A DNA stretch of 64,000 bases from Leptolyngbyaceae cyanobacterium (GCA_965263355.1 CBDHHL010000056.1:1184001-1248000), one strand, 5' to 3'. Positions 50,308-60,734 are shown, counted from the first letter of the stretch. Notes: generated from the sequence alone by a model not told the origin. Numbers and translations: made by a program.

Positions 50308-51861
50308 ATGGATAGATCTCTTTTAGTCTGGTTGCTCTTTCTAGGTCTTGGATTTCCTCTGACCGCACTGGTTCTAAATGAGGTCGCTGAACGACTTCAG
50401 CAAAGAGAACACCCTTTAGCTGAAGCACTTCAGAAAATACGTCAGTATGTTTTGCCTCCCCTGGCGATACTCTTGTTATTAACAAAAGTACTGGAGTTAG
50501 CCAATGCCCAAGGAGCGACTCGTCTTGTTGAAACTGTTACCTACATTGCTGTTATTACAGCTGCTATTCCCCTATTAAATGCAGTTTTAACAACAGGTAA
50601 ACCCATTGCTGGACAGATAAAAGTACCCAATCTGTTTTTTCAGGTAGCCCGGGCACTGGTGATATTGGGTATTGGATATTACATTTTAGGGGGCGTTTGG
50701 CAGATTGATCTGAGTAGTTTGGCAACTGCTGCTGGTGTTAGCTCTTTAGCAATTGCCCTGGCGCTTCAGGATACCTTAAGTAATTTAGTTTCAGGTTTTT
50801 TACTATTATTTGCCAGGCCATTTCAAATCGGAGACTGGATTGAATTTAACGGTGTCGAGGGTCAGGTTTTTGCTCAAAACTGGCGCTCGGTCACCCTATG
50901 GGATAAAGGTTGGGGGCGATATATTTCAATTCCCAACGGCACATTGGCTGGAGCCACAATTAACAATTATGGACCCATGTACGAAAATGGTGTCTGGTTT
51001 AAGGTTGATATTAGCTTCTCCTATGATGATCCTCCTAATCGTGTATTAGATGCCCTTTGGAATATGCAGGTGGGGATTGAAGATCGACTCACTGAACCGT
51101 TGTTTCCGGTGGTGCATTCCTTTGGGGATTCCGGTATCAACTATATTGTTTGGTTTAGGAAGTCAGCCCGGGGGGGCAATGCTGCCGTAAAGCGAGGAAT
51201 TATTTCAGGACTCTATAATCTGGCTCAGCGAGAAGGATTCACAATCCCATATCCTATTAGCATGGAATACAAGATAGATGCTGCAAACGGGCTTCCATCA
51301 AAAATTCCTCATCAAGTGCAAGACCTTAGCCCAGAACTCGCCGATTTTCTAGGAACTCTCCCTTATTTCTCAAAACTTCAGAAATCAGAGATGGAGCGCA
51401 TTGTTAATTTAGCTAAGGTTCGAAATTACAGCAAAGGAGAACTGATTATTAAAGAAGGAGCCCCTGATGATGGCCTATATCTTGTGCGTGAAGGAAGTGT
51501 AAGCGTTTCTACCCAGGACAAAAATGGTGAATCCCAAGATTGTGGATCTTTATCGGTGGGGGAAGCTTTTGGTGAGATGGCTATTTTCCCTGAAGAGCTT
51601 AGCCCTGTAACTGTCATTGCGGCGGCAGATTCTCAGATTGTTATGATTCCGGTTGATGAAATTGTTCGCTTGATTCAAGGGGGGCCTCAGTTCCTGCATA
51701 ATTCAGGATTCTCCAAAGAGATGCTTCAGTTCATTTATGAGCGAAAGCGGGCACTTCGAAGAGCTAAAGGGATGGATGAAGATGTCATTCCCCAATCATC
51801 TAACAGTAATGGCAGCGAAAGATTCCAATACATTAGTCAAAGATCGGGACCTGAGACATAA
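50308..51861 (+). CDS. MscS-family channel with C-terminal cyclic-nucleotide-binding domain (bCNG-like)
   Basis: ALQDTLSNLVSG...PFQIGDWI...IPN; cNMP domain IIKEG...LYLVREG...FGEMA. Confidence 0.92.
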   Translation: MDRSLLVWLLFLGLGFPLTALVLNEVAERLQQREHPLAEALQKIRQYVLPPLAILLLLTKVLELANAQGATRLVETVTYIAVITAAIPLLNAVLTTGKPIAGQIKVPNLFFQVARALVILGIGYYILGGVWQIDLSSLATAAGVSSLAIALALQDTLSNLVSGFLLLFARPFQIGDWIEFNGVEGQVFAQNWRSVTLWDKGWGRYISIPNGTLAGATINNYGPMYENGVWFKVDISFSYDDPPNRVLDALWNMQVGIEDRLTEPLFPVVHSFGDSGINYIVWFRKSARGGNAAVKRGIISGLYNLAQREGFTIPYPISMEYKIDAANGLPSKIPHQVQDLSPELADFLGTLPYFSKLQKSEMERIVNLAKVRNYSKGELIIKEGAPDDGLYLVREGSVSVSTQDKNGESQDCGSLSVGEAFGEMAIFPEELSPVTVIAAADSQIVMIPVDEIVRLIQGGPQFLHNSGFSKEMLQFIYERKRALRRAKGMDEDVIPQSSNSNGSERFQYISQRSGPET

Positions 51862-51865
51862 AAGG

Positions 51866-53122
51866 ATGCTTCAGCTAGGCTATTTCGAAACTCTAGAAAC
51901 GGATGACGCTGAAAATCTTCTCAGCGCCCGTGAACGTTGGCATGAGTATAGACTTAATTTAAGTCAGATTACGGCACAATCGCGAGTCCTAGACATTGGC
52001 TGTGGTCAGGGCATAGCAACTTGGCTCACACAACAAACTGACTGTGAAGTGGTGAAAATTGATGATCAGATAGTTGATTTTCCTCACTTACCCTTTCTAG
52101 ATCAGTCTTTTACCCATGTTTGGAGCCAAACCACCCTCTCCCAGATTCCAGACCATCAACAGGTGTTAGCCGAAATCGAAAGGGTGTTACAAGCAGATGG
52201 CATTTTGATGCTAGATGACTTAATTATGCCTATGGCTCAGGTTAATGAATTGAAAGAAGAGTTGGTTGATCAAGTACTCTCGATTAAATCTTTCCTAACA
52301 CCAGAAGGTTATGCAGACCGTCTTAATCGACTTGGCCTTATGGTGTTGGACTCGTTAGATCTAACTGACCATCTAAGAAAAAGTTATGAGCTTCAATTGG
52401 AGTATCATCAAACTCATAAATCAGATAGCGATTTAGATCTGATTGCTTTTGCCAAACAGGCAATTGATACAATTGATGCTGGAAATCTGGGATGGTGGTT
52501 CTATCGTTGTAAAAAAGTTGGGGATCGCCTGCAATGGATTCACAACAATACAGATACGGATGAGCTGCGCCGTAAGTATGATTCTTGGGCGGCTTTATAC
52601 GAAGCCGATTTGGACAATTCGTGGTTAATGCCTGTGCATGCTGCTCATTTGCTAGAGCAGTTGCAACCCAGCCAAGGGAAAAATCAAGACTCCAGTAAAG
52701 CAATTGCTATTTTGGATGCAGGGGCTGGAACCGGAAAAGTGGGTCAAGCGCTGAGCCAGCTGGGCTATAGCAACATTACTGCTATGGATCTCTCGATTGG
52801 GATGTTAGAGGAAGCTCGCAAGAAGCAAGTTTATACCGCATTGTATGCGGCCAATTTAGAAGAACCCCTAACCGTTTGTGAGCCTGAAACCTTTGATGTG
52901 ATTACGGCCATCGGTGTCTTCACCTATGGCCATGCCAGTCCAGCTGGTTTGCGCCATCTTTTACCCCTCCTCAAACCGGGTGGGCTATTTCTGATCACGG
53001 TTAGGGCGTCTAATCAACTAATGCAGGATGCCTTCAAAGATTTGCCTTGGAGTCTAGTTAAACAAGAAGACTATGAGTTTGAAACCGCCCCTTTTTATCT
53101 GTTGGCCTACCGTAAAGATTAA
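51866..53122 (+). CDS. Tandem two-domain SAM-dependent methyltransferase
   Basis: Two motif-I copies VLDIGCGQG and ILDAGAGTG; start placed at ATG 51866 after AAAGG. Confidence 0.85.
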   Translation: MLQLGYFETLETDDAENLLSARERWHEYRLNLSQITAQSRVLDIGCGQGIATWLTQQTDCEVVKIDDQIVDFPHLPFLDQSFTHVWSQTTLSQIPDHQQVLAEIERVLQADGILMLDDLIMPMAQVNELKEELVDQVLSIKSFLTPEGYADRLNRLGLMVLDSLDLTDHLRKSYELQLEYHQTHKSDSDLDLIAFAKQAIDTIDAGNLGWWFYRCKKVGDRLQWIHNNTDTDELRRKYDSWAALYEADLDNSWLMPVHAAHLLEQLQPSQGKNQDSSKAIAILDAGAGTGKVGQALSQLGYSNITAMDLSIGMLEEARKKQVYTALYAANLEEPLTVCEPETFDVITAIGVFTYGHASPAGLRHLLPLLKPGGLFLITVRASNQLMQDAFKDLPWSLVKQEDYEFETAPFYLLAYRKD

Positions 53123-53241
53123 TCCCAAATATGTACCCAGTAATAAAGGCTTATAATCGATCTCCTTGAGATATCTCAGGCAACGAGAACATAGTTGACA
53201 TTTTGCGCCAATGGCCCCTTTGTAAAACAGAAAGAAAACAA

Positions 53242-54404
53242 ATGGTTACATCCATCAAAGAACTTCCCGTGTCTGACTTAGAGTTTCAGATGTTCGTACT
53301 AGATGAGTTGGCTGATGAGCTATTAGCTGACAAAAAGGACATCATTAAACTCACCATTGGGATTACGGAACTCGAAATTCCCGAAAGTGTTCGTCAGGTT
53401 TTTTCAAATACTATTTTTGATTACGAGAAAACTCACCGGGTTTATCCCCAGGGGATTCCTGAACTCAAGCGATCGCAAATTACTACAATGCTCAGTATCA
53501 TGTGGGAACCCAGGCTGAAAACGTTATTGTCAACGTGGGCACCAGTTCCATTTTTCGGAATCTGTTCCAGGTTCTATGTCAGCCTGGGCAAGAGATTTTA
53601 CTCCCCAAGCCTTACTATTGCCTCTATTTAATGAGTGCTATTTTGGCAGGGGCTAAGATTACCTACTATGACATCGACTACAAAACGGGTCAGATTGATC
53701 TAGACTCCTTTAGAAATGCCTTCGACCCTGATCGCACCGCTGTAGTGGTCTTAAACAATCCAGGTAATCCCCTCGGCAATGTTCTTACCAAAGATCAGAT
53801 CATTGAGGTCAATCAAATTATTGCAGGGCGGTCGTTCATTGTGAACGATGAAATTTATAACAACACTCTGTTCTACGCTGATTATGAATGTCCACTGGCC
53901 TATCTCGATGAATACCGGGATGTAAATATTGTCACCAATGGCTTTTCTAAAGGATTTCGCATGTATACCAAACGGGTTGGATTTGGTATCTTACCCGATT
54001 CTTTGATTATGCCGATGCGCATTGTACAACAGCACACGTTGTTGACCCACGATCCGGTCAATCAGCATGGTGCGATTGCGGCCCTAAAGGATCTAGAAAG
54101 TCCTAAAGAACTTACCAATCTCTATAAGCAGCGGGCAGAATACTCTTATACTCAGCTCGTCAATACTGGTTGCGATCCTATCAAAGCGGAAGGTGGATTT
54201 TATATTGTTTTGGATTGCGATCGCTGGGTAAAAGAAAAAGGCATGGCCGACTCTAAAGACCTTGCGGTTGACATTGCAAAAACTGTCCATGTAGCCACTG
54301 TTCCAGGTACAGACTTTGGCATTCCCAATGGATTAAGGTTGAGCTTCTGCACCGATAGATATAACGAAGGCATTGATCGATTGCGTGATTACTTCACTCG
54401 ATAA
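53242..54404 (+). pseudogene. Class I/II PLP aminotransferase, frameshifted near 53468
   Basis: YPQGIPELK continues in another frame as AIANYYN...; NNPGNPLG, DEIY, GFSKGF and LRLSF intact. Confidence 0.85.
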
Positions 54405-54557
54405 ATCGTTGAAATAACCTTCTGCTAAAGATCTTTTTGTTGGCTTGACAATAGTTTTAGAACCTTTAGCACAAGGAAATCCAGGTTTCTCTCATGGATT
54501 TGATCCTCTTGCTCTCATTGTTCTTATGGTGCCCCAGGTAATGTCTGGAGATATAGC

Positions 54558-55280
54558 ATGACAGTATATGACAACGTCAACGAAGCTTACGATCTGGTGT
54601 ATACCGATGTGGATACCAAGGTCCCCTTTGTACTTCAGGTTCTAGAGAAATATCAGAAAGAAAACGTGTTAGAACTCGGCAGTGGTTCCGGGCTATTTAC
54701 GATTCCCCTAAAAAAGAAAGGATTAAATATCGAAGGCGTTGAAATCAGTCAGGAGATGCTTAATCTGACTCTAAAAAAAGCGCCAGACCTAACGCTACAT
54801 CTAGGGGATATGAGAACCTATGATCTAGGTAAACAGTTTGATGCTGTTCTGATATTAAGTGCCACGTTAACTCTGCTCCAAAACCAGGAGGAAATGGTGC
54901 AATGTCTTCAGAAAACCTATAAACATTTGCCTGTTGGAGGTCTATTATTCCTGGAACTACCTAACCATGCGGTGGAAGTTCAGCAAAGCGAACAAACCCA
55001 GGAAGTCTACCAAAATGAAGACAGTTCTATTGTTGTTGTGGTGCAAAGCTTTAAGGTAGAACAATACTGGCGAGAGAATTGGCATATTTTCAAGAGTGGT
55101 CCTGATGGCTTTCAACAGAATCAGGTTAGCTGTGATGAATTTTTGTATGATCCTGAAAAATTAGAGCATCAAATTCAGACAACAGGATTTGAAATTGTAG
55201 AACGATATGGAGATTTGTTTGGAACAGCCTTTGATGCAAACTCTTCTTGGAGACGGGTTCTAATTTGTCAGAAGATCTAA
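54558..55280 (+). CDS. Class I SAM-dependent methyltransferase
   Basis: VLELGSGSG, GVEIS.EM, GDMR, FDAV. Confidence 0.9.
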   Translation: MTVYDNVNEAYDLVYTDVDTKVPFVLQVLEKYQKENVLELGSGSGLFTIPLKKKGLNIEGVEISQEMLNLTLKKAPDLTLHLGDMRTYDLGKQFDAVLILSATLTLLQNQEEMVQCLQKTYKHLPVGGLLFLELPNHAVEVQQSEQTQEVYQNEDSSIVVVVQSFKVEQYWRENWHIFKSGPDGFQQNQVSCDEFLYDPEKLEHQIQTTGFEIVERYGDLFGTAFDANSSWRRVLICQKI

Positions 55281-55337
55281 TTTGAAGGAACTTTTATATT
55301 TAGCTCATTTCTTGAAAACAAATTTTAATTACTCAAG

Positions 55338-56072
55338 ATGTCAACCAAAACAGTGATTTTGTGGGCAGCACCTCGGTGTGTTTCCACCGCTTTTGAAAAG
55401 ACATTTTCATGTCGTTCCGATACTGAGGTTGTGCATGAACCCTTTTGTGATGTTTATTTTTTTAGTCAGTGGCGTCGGTCTGAGCGGTTTGGTGATTGTG
55501 AAGACTTATGGGATTACAGTGGTAAGAAAGCAGTAGAACAAATTAATGCGCCACGAACCCCTTTAGTGTTTGTCAAGGACCATGCATATCAAGCTCTACC
55601 CTACATTGATCATACCTTTCTTGAATCCAAGATCAATACCTTCATTATTCGTGATCCTCAAGAAGTTTTGCTGTCATGGTATAAGGTTGGCGAATTACCT
55701 ACGTTAGATGAGTTTGGCTTTATCGCATTGGAAAAAATATGGACGATAGTCACTCAGGATTTAGAACTGCCCGCGATCGTAGTAGATGCAACTCAATTTC
55801 GCAAAGAGCCAGAGCAAACCTTAAGAAAGTATTGCCAGGATATTCAGGTAGAATTTAATCCTCAAATGCTGGCGTGGGAGACCGGAAAATTAAAGAACTG
55901 GAATACTCGTGAAGCTGAGTTTCATAGGAAATGGCATAGCACTTTAGATAGTAGTACAAAGATTCTCCCTCTTGATACGATTGAAGTAAATAGGCAACAG
56001 ATGAAAATTTATCCTGAACATCTTGATATGCTTAGCCAAGCTCAAGATATTTATAAAATGTTAGTCCCATGA
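55338..56072 (+). CDS. Sulfotransferase-like P-loop protein (family often fused to branched-chain aminotransferases)
   Basis: LWAAPRCVSTAF, VHEPF, FIIRDP, ML.W..G...WH motifs. Confidence 0.8.
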   Translation: MSTKTVILWAAPRCVSTAFEKTFSCRSDTEVVHEPFCDVYFFSQWRRSERFGDCEDLWDYSGKKAVEQINAPRTPLVFVKDHAYQALPYIDHTFLESKINTFIIRDPQEVLLSWYKVGELPTLDEFGFIALEKIWTIVTQDLELPAIVVDATQFRKEPEQTLRKYCQDIQVEFNPQMLAWETGKLKNWNTREAEFHRKWHSTLDSSTKILPLDTIEVNRQQMKIYPEHLDMLSQAQDIYKMLVP

Positions 56073-56296
56073 TTTGTCAGGTATCTTTTATCATCGTCGC
56101 TCTTTTTAACCGCTTACCAGATAGAAATTGATGCTTAGAATCATCTAATTTTAGATAAGGTAATGGGAACGCTCATTTTTAATGGGCAGGGAAATTTAAG
56201 GGATGAGGTATTTTCAGCATCTTAAGTTGAAAGTTAATCCTCAATTTTCCCCATAACAGGCAATCCGATTATCTTGTATCCCTGTAAGTTTGAACC

Positions 56297-57688
56297 ATGG
56301 CTGAGCCTCACAATCGAATTCTAGAAATTCTTGAACAGCATTGGCTCAAACGTTCCTTGAACTCGCTTGAAAAGTTTGTATTTATTCAATCCTGGCAAGG
56401 ACAGAGTTACGAGCAGATCGCTGGAGGTGCAGGCTATAGCATCGACTATATGAAGCAGATCGGCTCACTTCTTTGGGTAGAGCTATCGCAAGTGACAGGA
56501 CAATCTATAACGAAGAAGAATCTCAGGCTAACATTAGAGCCTTTGCTGTCTTCATCAGTAACAACCTCTGAAAAATCAGCTGAATCGCTACTAACCGTTG
56601 ATAGTTCAGTTTCCAGTCAGCTTTCAACCGCTATATCTCCAATTATTTCGGCCAATACAATAGACTCTCTCCACCGCTTTCCCTCTGGGCCTTTGCCGTT
56701 AGACTCCCCTCTATACATTGAGCGCCCTCCCATTGAACACACTGTCTATGATGAGCTAATGCGTGATGGCTGTTTATTACGTATTAAAGCCCCCCGCAGA
56801 ATGGGAAAAAGCTCATTGCTTAAGCGCATCACCTGGCAGGCTAAACAACAGGAATATCATATTGTTACCCTTGATTGTCAGGAAGCTAATGAATCACTGT
56901 TAGAGAGCACTGAGGATTTTTTGCGATGGTTTTGTCGATATATTACCCAGGCATTACAACTGGAAGACACGCTTGATACTACCTGGATTCCTGAAATGGG
57001 TAGCAAGGTTAACTGCAAGAATTATATAGAGCCCCGTATTCTCGCTGTTTTACAAAACCCTTTATTACTAACCATCAATGACCTCAACCGGCTATTTGAA
57101 TTTCCAAAACTAGCCCGAGACTTTTTGCCCATGTTGCGGTTCTGGCATGAACAATCAAAAGACAATACCCTCTGGCAAAAGATTAGATTAGTGCTGGTGG
57201 ATTCGACCGATGTCTATGCTCCTCTACAACTAAAGAAGTCCCTATTAAATGTAGGACTTCCGGTCCATTTACCATCTTTTACATTTGAGCAAATTCAGGC
57301 ATTATCCCATCGCTATGGCTTAGATTGGTCAAACGATCACTACTCAGATCTGCAAGCTCTGCATCAAATGATTGACGGACATCCTTATCTAGCTAGCCTG
57401 GCATTTTACTATTTGCATCGAGGTGAGACTACATTAAGGGACTTACTGGAGACTGCCCCTACATCGAAGGGTATTTATCGAAGCCACTTGCAGGAACAGT
57501 TGATTACCTTAGCGGCAGATCCTGCCCTAGCTGAAACTTTCAGAACGGTGGTTGAATCAGACACGGGTGTGGTGTTGGATGCGATCGCAATCCATAAACT
57601 AGAAGGCATTGGGCTTGTTCACCTCAGGAATGGCAAAGTTCATCCTATTTGCGATCTCTATCGTCTCTATTTTCGTCAACATCTGTAG
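56297..57688 (+). CDS. AAA_35-type ATPase with N-terminal HTH
   Basis: SWQGQSYEQIA HTH; SPLYIERPPIE, APRRMGKSSL, GHPYL, LYRLYF. Confidence 0.88.
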   Translation: MAEPHNRILEILEQHWLKRSLNSLEKFVFIQSWQGQSYEQIAGGAGYSIDYMKQIGSLLWVELSQVTGQSITKKNLRLTLEPLLSSSVTTSEKSAESLLTVDSSVSSQLSTAISPIISANTIDSLHRFPSGPLPLDSPLYIERPPIEHTVYDELMRDGCLLRIKAPRRMGKSSLLKRITWQAKQQEYHIVTLDCQEANESLLESTEDFLRWFCRYITQALQLEDTLDTTWIPEMGSKVNCKNYIEPRILAVLQNPLLLTINDLNRLFEFPKLARDFLPMLRFWHEQSKDNTLWQKIRLVLVDSTDVYAPLQLKKSLLNVGLPVHLPSFTFEQIQALSHRYGLDWSNDHYSDLQALHQMIDGHPYLASLAFYYLHRGETTLRDLLETAPTSKGIYRSHLQEQLITLAADPALAETFRTVVESDTGVVLDAIAIHKLEGIGLVHLRNGKVHPICDLYRLYFRQHL

Positions 57689-57703
57689 CTGTAATCTACA
57701 GGT

Positions 57704-58441
57704 TTAACCAGTTAAACTTTGCGATCGCTTACGTCCAGCACTACCACTCTCTCCCGATATCTGCAACGACTGAATCGACTGCACCTGAGCTACCGTACCT
57801 TTCGCATACTGATCCAACGACCCAGCATCCATGCCCTTCACCCCCTGCTGAAACTGAGCATACGGCCCCTGATACAACAAATGAGTCGCCGCCTCAGCCG
57901 ACTCCCCAGCCCTTAGCGCCGCCGCCACCACCTGTTGGTCCAACTGAATCGCCGCCAGGTCACTACTCACATGCTCACGATACAAATCAGCGTAGCTCTG
58001 AATTTTGCCAGTCACCGCATTCGCATATTCCGTATACCGCTGCTTCTGAGCCGTATCCACCTGCGTCTTAGCATAGTGCAGTAGTTTGGGCAGAGCCGCC
58101 TTCTTCTCATCTGTCGATTGCGCCCTCGTCTCACACTGCACATAGGGTCCCTGAGCAACAAACTGAATCACCTGCCGAGGAGAATGCCCTGCTTGTAATG
58201 CCACTTGAGCAACCGTACGATCCAGCTGTTGAGCCGTTTGTTGATCCTCAGGCTCCTCACTCGCGTAAGCCTGAAACAACGTTTGATAATCCTCAAAATT
58301 TACTCGTAGAGCCGCCTTTGCCAATACCAAATACTGTTCTCTCGCCTGCTGTCCCTTTTCCGTATCAGGCTCCCGAGGTAGTAGTTGAGCCTCTTCTGAA
58401 GTCGTTTCTTTATCAGATTTAGGAGACTTTGCCATGATCAC
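57704..58441 (-). CDS. Plasmid-type hypothetical protein with two internal helical repeats
   Basis: QLD..VA..AL.AG.S......QGPY.Q occurs twice. Confidence 0.6.
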   Translation of the reverse strand: MIMAKSPKSDKETTSEEAQLLPREPDTEKGQQAREQYLVLAKAALRVNFEDYQTLFQAYASEEPEDQQTAQQLDRTVAQVALQAGHSPRQVIQFVAQGPYVQCETRAQSTDEKKAALPKLLHYAKTQVDTAQKQRYTEYANAVTGKIQSYADLYREHVSSDLAAIQLDQQVVAAALRAGESAEAATHLLYQGPYAQFQQGVKGMDAGSLDQYAKGTVAQVQSIQSLQISGESGSAGRKRSQSLTG

Positions 58442-58444
58442 TCC

Positions 58445-58858
58445 CTACAACACATCCGAAAAGTCGTTGAGTAGATCATCTTGAGCCAACAGAGCAATCT
58501 CTCCTGTTGGTACTGCCATTGGACTAATTGTTGGAAATTCAGGCTGGGCAGATTCGCTCGACGGGGGCTCAATGCCAAACGTTTCGCGCAAATGCTGAAT
58601 TTGCTCTTCCATCCGAATAATAGACTGACGAGCCAGGGCCTTTAGCTCTGCTTCAGAATGCTTACCAGTATCCTTATAAGCAAAGGGCAGCCAGAAGGCG
58701 CGAGCCGCAGTAGCCGCTTTCTCTTTACCTTTGTAGGTATGATGAATCAGCCAGCTGTAGGTAATCCCATTAGGGGAACTACGATCTGGCTCAAAAATAA
58801 AGCGCACCCGTGATTTAGTGGGCTTATCTGGATCATCATTGCTGGGTTTACGAGGCAT
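58445..58858 (-). CDS. Plasmid-type hypothetical protein
   Basis: 137-aa ORF with AFWLPFA motif, 3 nt from the next ORF. Confidence 0.6.
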   Translation of the reverse strand: MPRKPSNDDPDKPTKSRVRFIFEPDRSSPNGITYSWLIHHTYKGKEKAATAARAFWLPFAYKDTGKHSEAELKALARQSIIRMEEQIQHLRETFGIEPPSSESAQPEFPTISPMAVPTGEIALLAQDDLLNDFSDVL

Positions 58859-58998
58859 GGGCTAATTCTATGGCAATGCCTACAGACTAACGCTTAAGCC
58901 AGTTAATGCTGAGGCTATGCTAAATATTTTAACAATAGCAGTAACTCTTGATATTAACTGCGGACACCATGCTGATTTTTAGCATCTATTCGCGTCAT

Positions 58999-59565
58999 CT
59001 AGCTCTCTAGAATCACGTCTTCATAGAGCAGTTCAATCGGAAACTCAAACTCAACGCTGTCGAGCTTAATGCCATCACCGGCTTGATAAGCGGTATACAA
59101 CCACATGCGGCCCTCTCCTCGACGGTAAATTTCAACATCGATTTGGGTGGAGCTGATCAAGACATAGTCTTCTAAGCTGGGCAGGGTTCGATATTCCTTG
59201 AATTTTTTACTGCGGTCCAGGGTTTCTGTTCCAGGAGACAGTACTTCAACAATTAGTTTGGGATACCTAATTGCATCCAAGGCTGTTTTATCTCGTTCGT
59301 CGCAGCTAACGGCTAGGTCGGGGTATCGATAAATGGATGGGGTGATGCTGACTTTGGCATTTGCTATGTTAATTCGACAGCGTTGGGTACGAATATGGGG
59401 ACGTAGGGCTGTAAGTAGGTTAATGGCGATATCGTTATGGGGTAAGGACCCACCGGTCATGGCGATGATTGCACCGTCGACAAATTCGTAGCGCTGTTCC
59501 TGCTGAGGTTCCCAGTCCAGGTAGGCTTCGACAGTCATTTTTTCAGGATACGCGATGGCGACCAT
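58999..59565 (-). CDS. Uma2 family endonuclease-fold protein
   Basis: RYEFVDG...H..IA.N, YPD, PKLIVEVLSP. Confidence 0.92.
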   Translation of the reverse strand: MVAIAYPEKMTVEAYLDWEPQQEQRYEFVDGAIIAMTGGSLPHNDIAINLLTALRPHIRTQRCRINIANAKVSITPSIYRYPDLAVSCDERDKTALDAIRYPKLIVEVLSPGTETLDRSKKFKEYRTLPSLEDYVLISSTQIDVEIYRRGEGRMWLYTAYQAGDGIKLDSVEFEFPIELLYEDVILES

Positions 59566-59630
59566 GGTGCAGTTTATATCCAGCTGATTTTATTATAGAA
59601 ATACGAGTTAGCCGCGTGAGGTGAATTCTA

Positions 59631-60239
59631 ATGGTACAAGCTCCTCCTCAACCCAAACTACTCTCACTTCACCTTCCTGGTGAAGTTGCTCTAAAGGTTA
59701 CTTCAGAGCAGTTTGCAGTTCTAGCTGCGGCAAATCGGGGTCTCAGACTTGAACGTACGGCAACGGGAGAATTGATTGTGAATCCACCCACTGGTGGCGA
59801 ATCGGGTAAGCGAAATCTCAGCATCAGCACTCAGCTTGGTATGTGGTTTGAGGCTAATGATACTTTGGGTGAAGCGTTTGATTCATCGACGGGGTTTGAT
59901 TTACCGAATGGGGCTAATCGTTCCCCAGATGCTTCTTGGGTCCGAAGGGAACGCTGGGATGCGCTAACTCCGGAGCAGCGAGAAGGGTTTGTTCCTCTGT
60001 GTCCAGATTTTGTTGTGGAGTTACGATCTAAGACGGATTCGCTTACGGTGCTCCAAGCTAAGATGCTGGAATATATGGATAATGGCTCGCAGTTGGGCTG
60101 GCTGATTGATCCTAAAAACAAACGGGTGGAAATTTATCGTGCGGGGCAAGCGGTTGAGGTTTTGGAAAATCCGGATACGTTGTCGGGAGAAGATGTTTTG
60201 CCTGGGTTTACGCTGATATTGAAACGGATTTGGGCTTAG
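59631..60239 (+). CDS. Uma2 family endonuclease-fold protein
   Basis: RLERTATGEL, FDSSTGF, SPDASW, CPDFVVELRS, LGWLIDP. Confidence 0.93.
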   Translation: MVQAPPQPKLLSLHLPGEVALKVTSEQFAVLAAANRGLRLERTATGELIVNPPTGGESGKRNLSISTQLGMWFEANDTLGEAFDSSTGFDLPNGANRSPDASWVRRERWDALTPEQREGFVPLCPDFVVELRSKTDSLTVLQAKMLEYMDNGSQLGWLIDPKNKRVEIYRAGQAVEVLENPDTLSGEDVLPGFTLILKRIWA

Positions 60240-60287
60240 GGGAAAGAATTCTAATTCGGAGTTCAGAATTCCGATCGGTGCAAACAA

Positions 60288-60328
60288 TCGTTTGATGTAA
60301 ATTCAAGATCTTGAGTTACGTCAAACGA
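60288..60328. other. Long near-perfect palindrome
   Basis: TCGTTTGATGTAA-AT-TCAAGATCTTGA-G-TTACGTCAAACGA. Confidence 0.6.
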
Positions 60329-60371
60329 CAGAGAAAATTATCAGGTTATTTCTACAAGGAATTGAAATTCA

Positions 60372-60734
60372 ATGGGAGTGAATTGGGACATTCTCAAAAA
60401 ACGATTCCTTCAGGCTGACCAAACAGCTCACCTGGAAAGTCTTGCATTGAATTTAACTCGCATTCAGTTTTTTGCAGACAGCGTTACAGGTGAATCAGTT
60501 GTAGAACACCTTATTAGGGAAAGTCAGTTTTTTATCGAGTGGATAGTGCCGGGTATTGATTTGGAGACCGGTCTGGACCAGGCTGTTGAGTTGGCTGACC
60601 TGCAACGGTTGCTGAGTCGTTGGAAGTTAAATTGGTCGGATTGGTGGTGGGATGAGCAAAAACGTCAGGAGGTGGCACGACTTGCCCAGGAGTGGTGCGA
60701 GCGTATTCTCAAGCAACACACATTATCGACTTAA
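60372..60734 (+). CDS. Hypothetical helical protein
   Basis: 120-aa ORF, IRESQFFIEW motif, AAGGA upstream. Confidence 0.7.
   Translation: MGVNWDILKKRFLQADQTAHLESLALNLTRIQFFADSVTGESVVEHLIRESQFFIEWIVPGIDLETGLDQAVELADLQRLLSRWKLNWSDWWWDEQKRQEVARLAQEWCERILKQHTLST

Noticed and set aside
51737..51865. Extended N-terminus of the double methyltransferase
   Set aside because: Overlaps the MscS gene by 125 nt; ATG 51866 with AAAGG is the better start.
59581..59590. CAGCTGATTT match to the tRNA core (also GCTGATT near 58971 and 61156)
   Set aside because: Short, with no right half-site at 7-nt spacing; could be chance.
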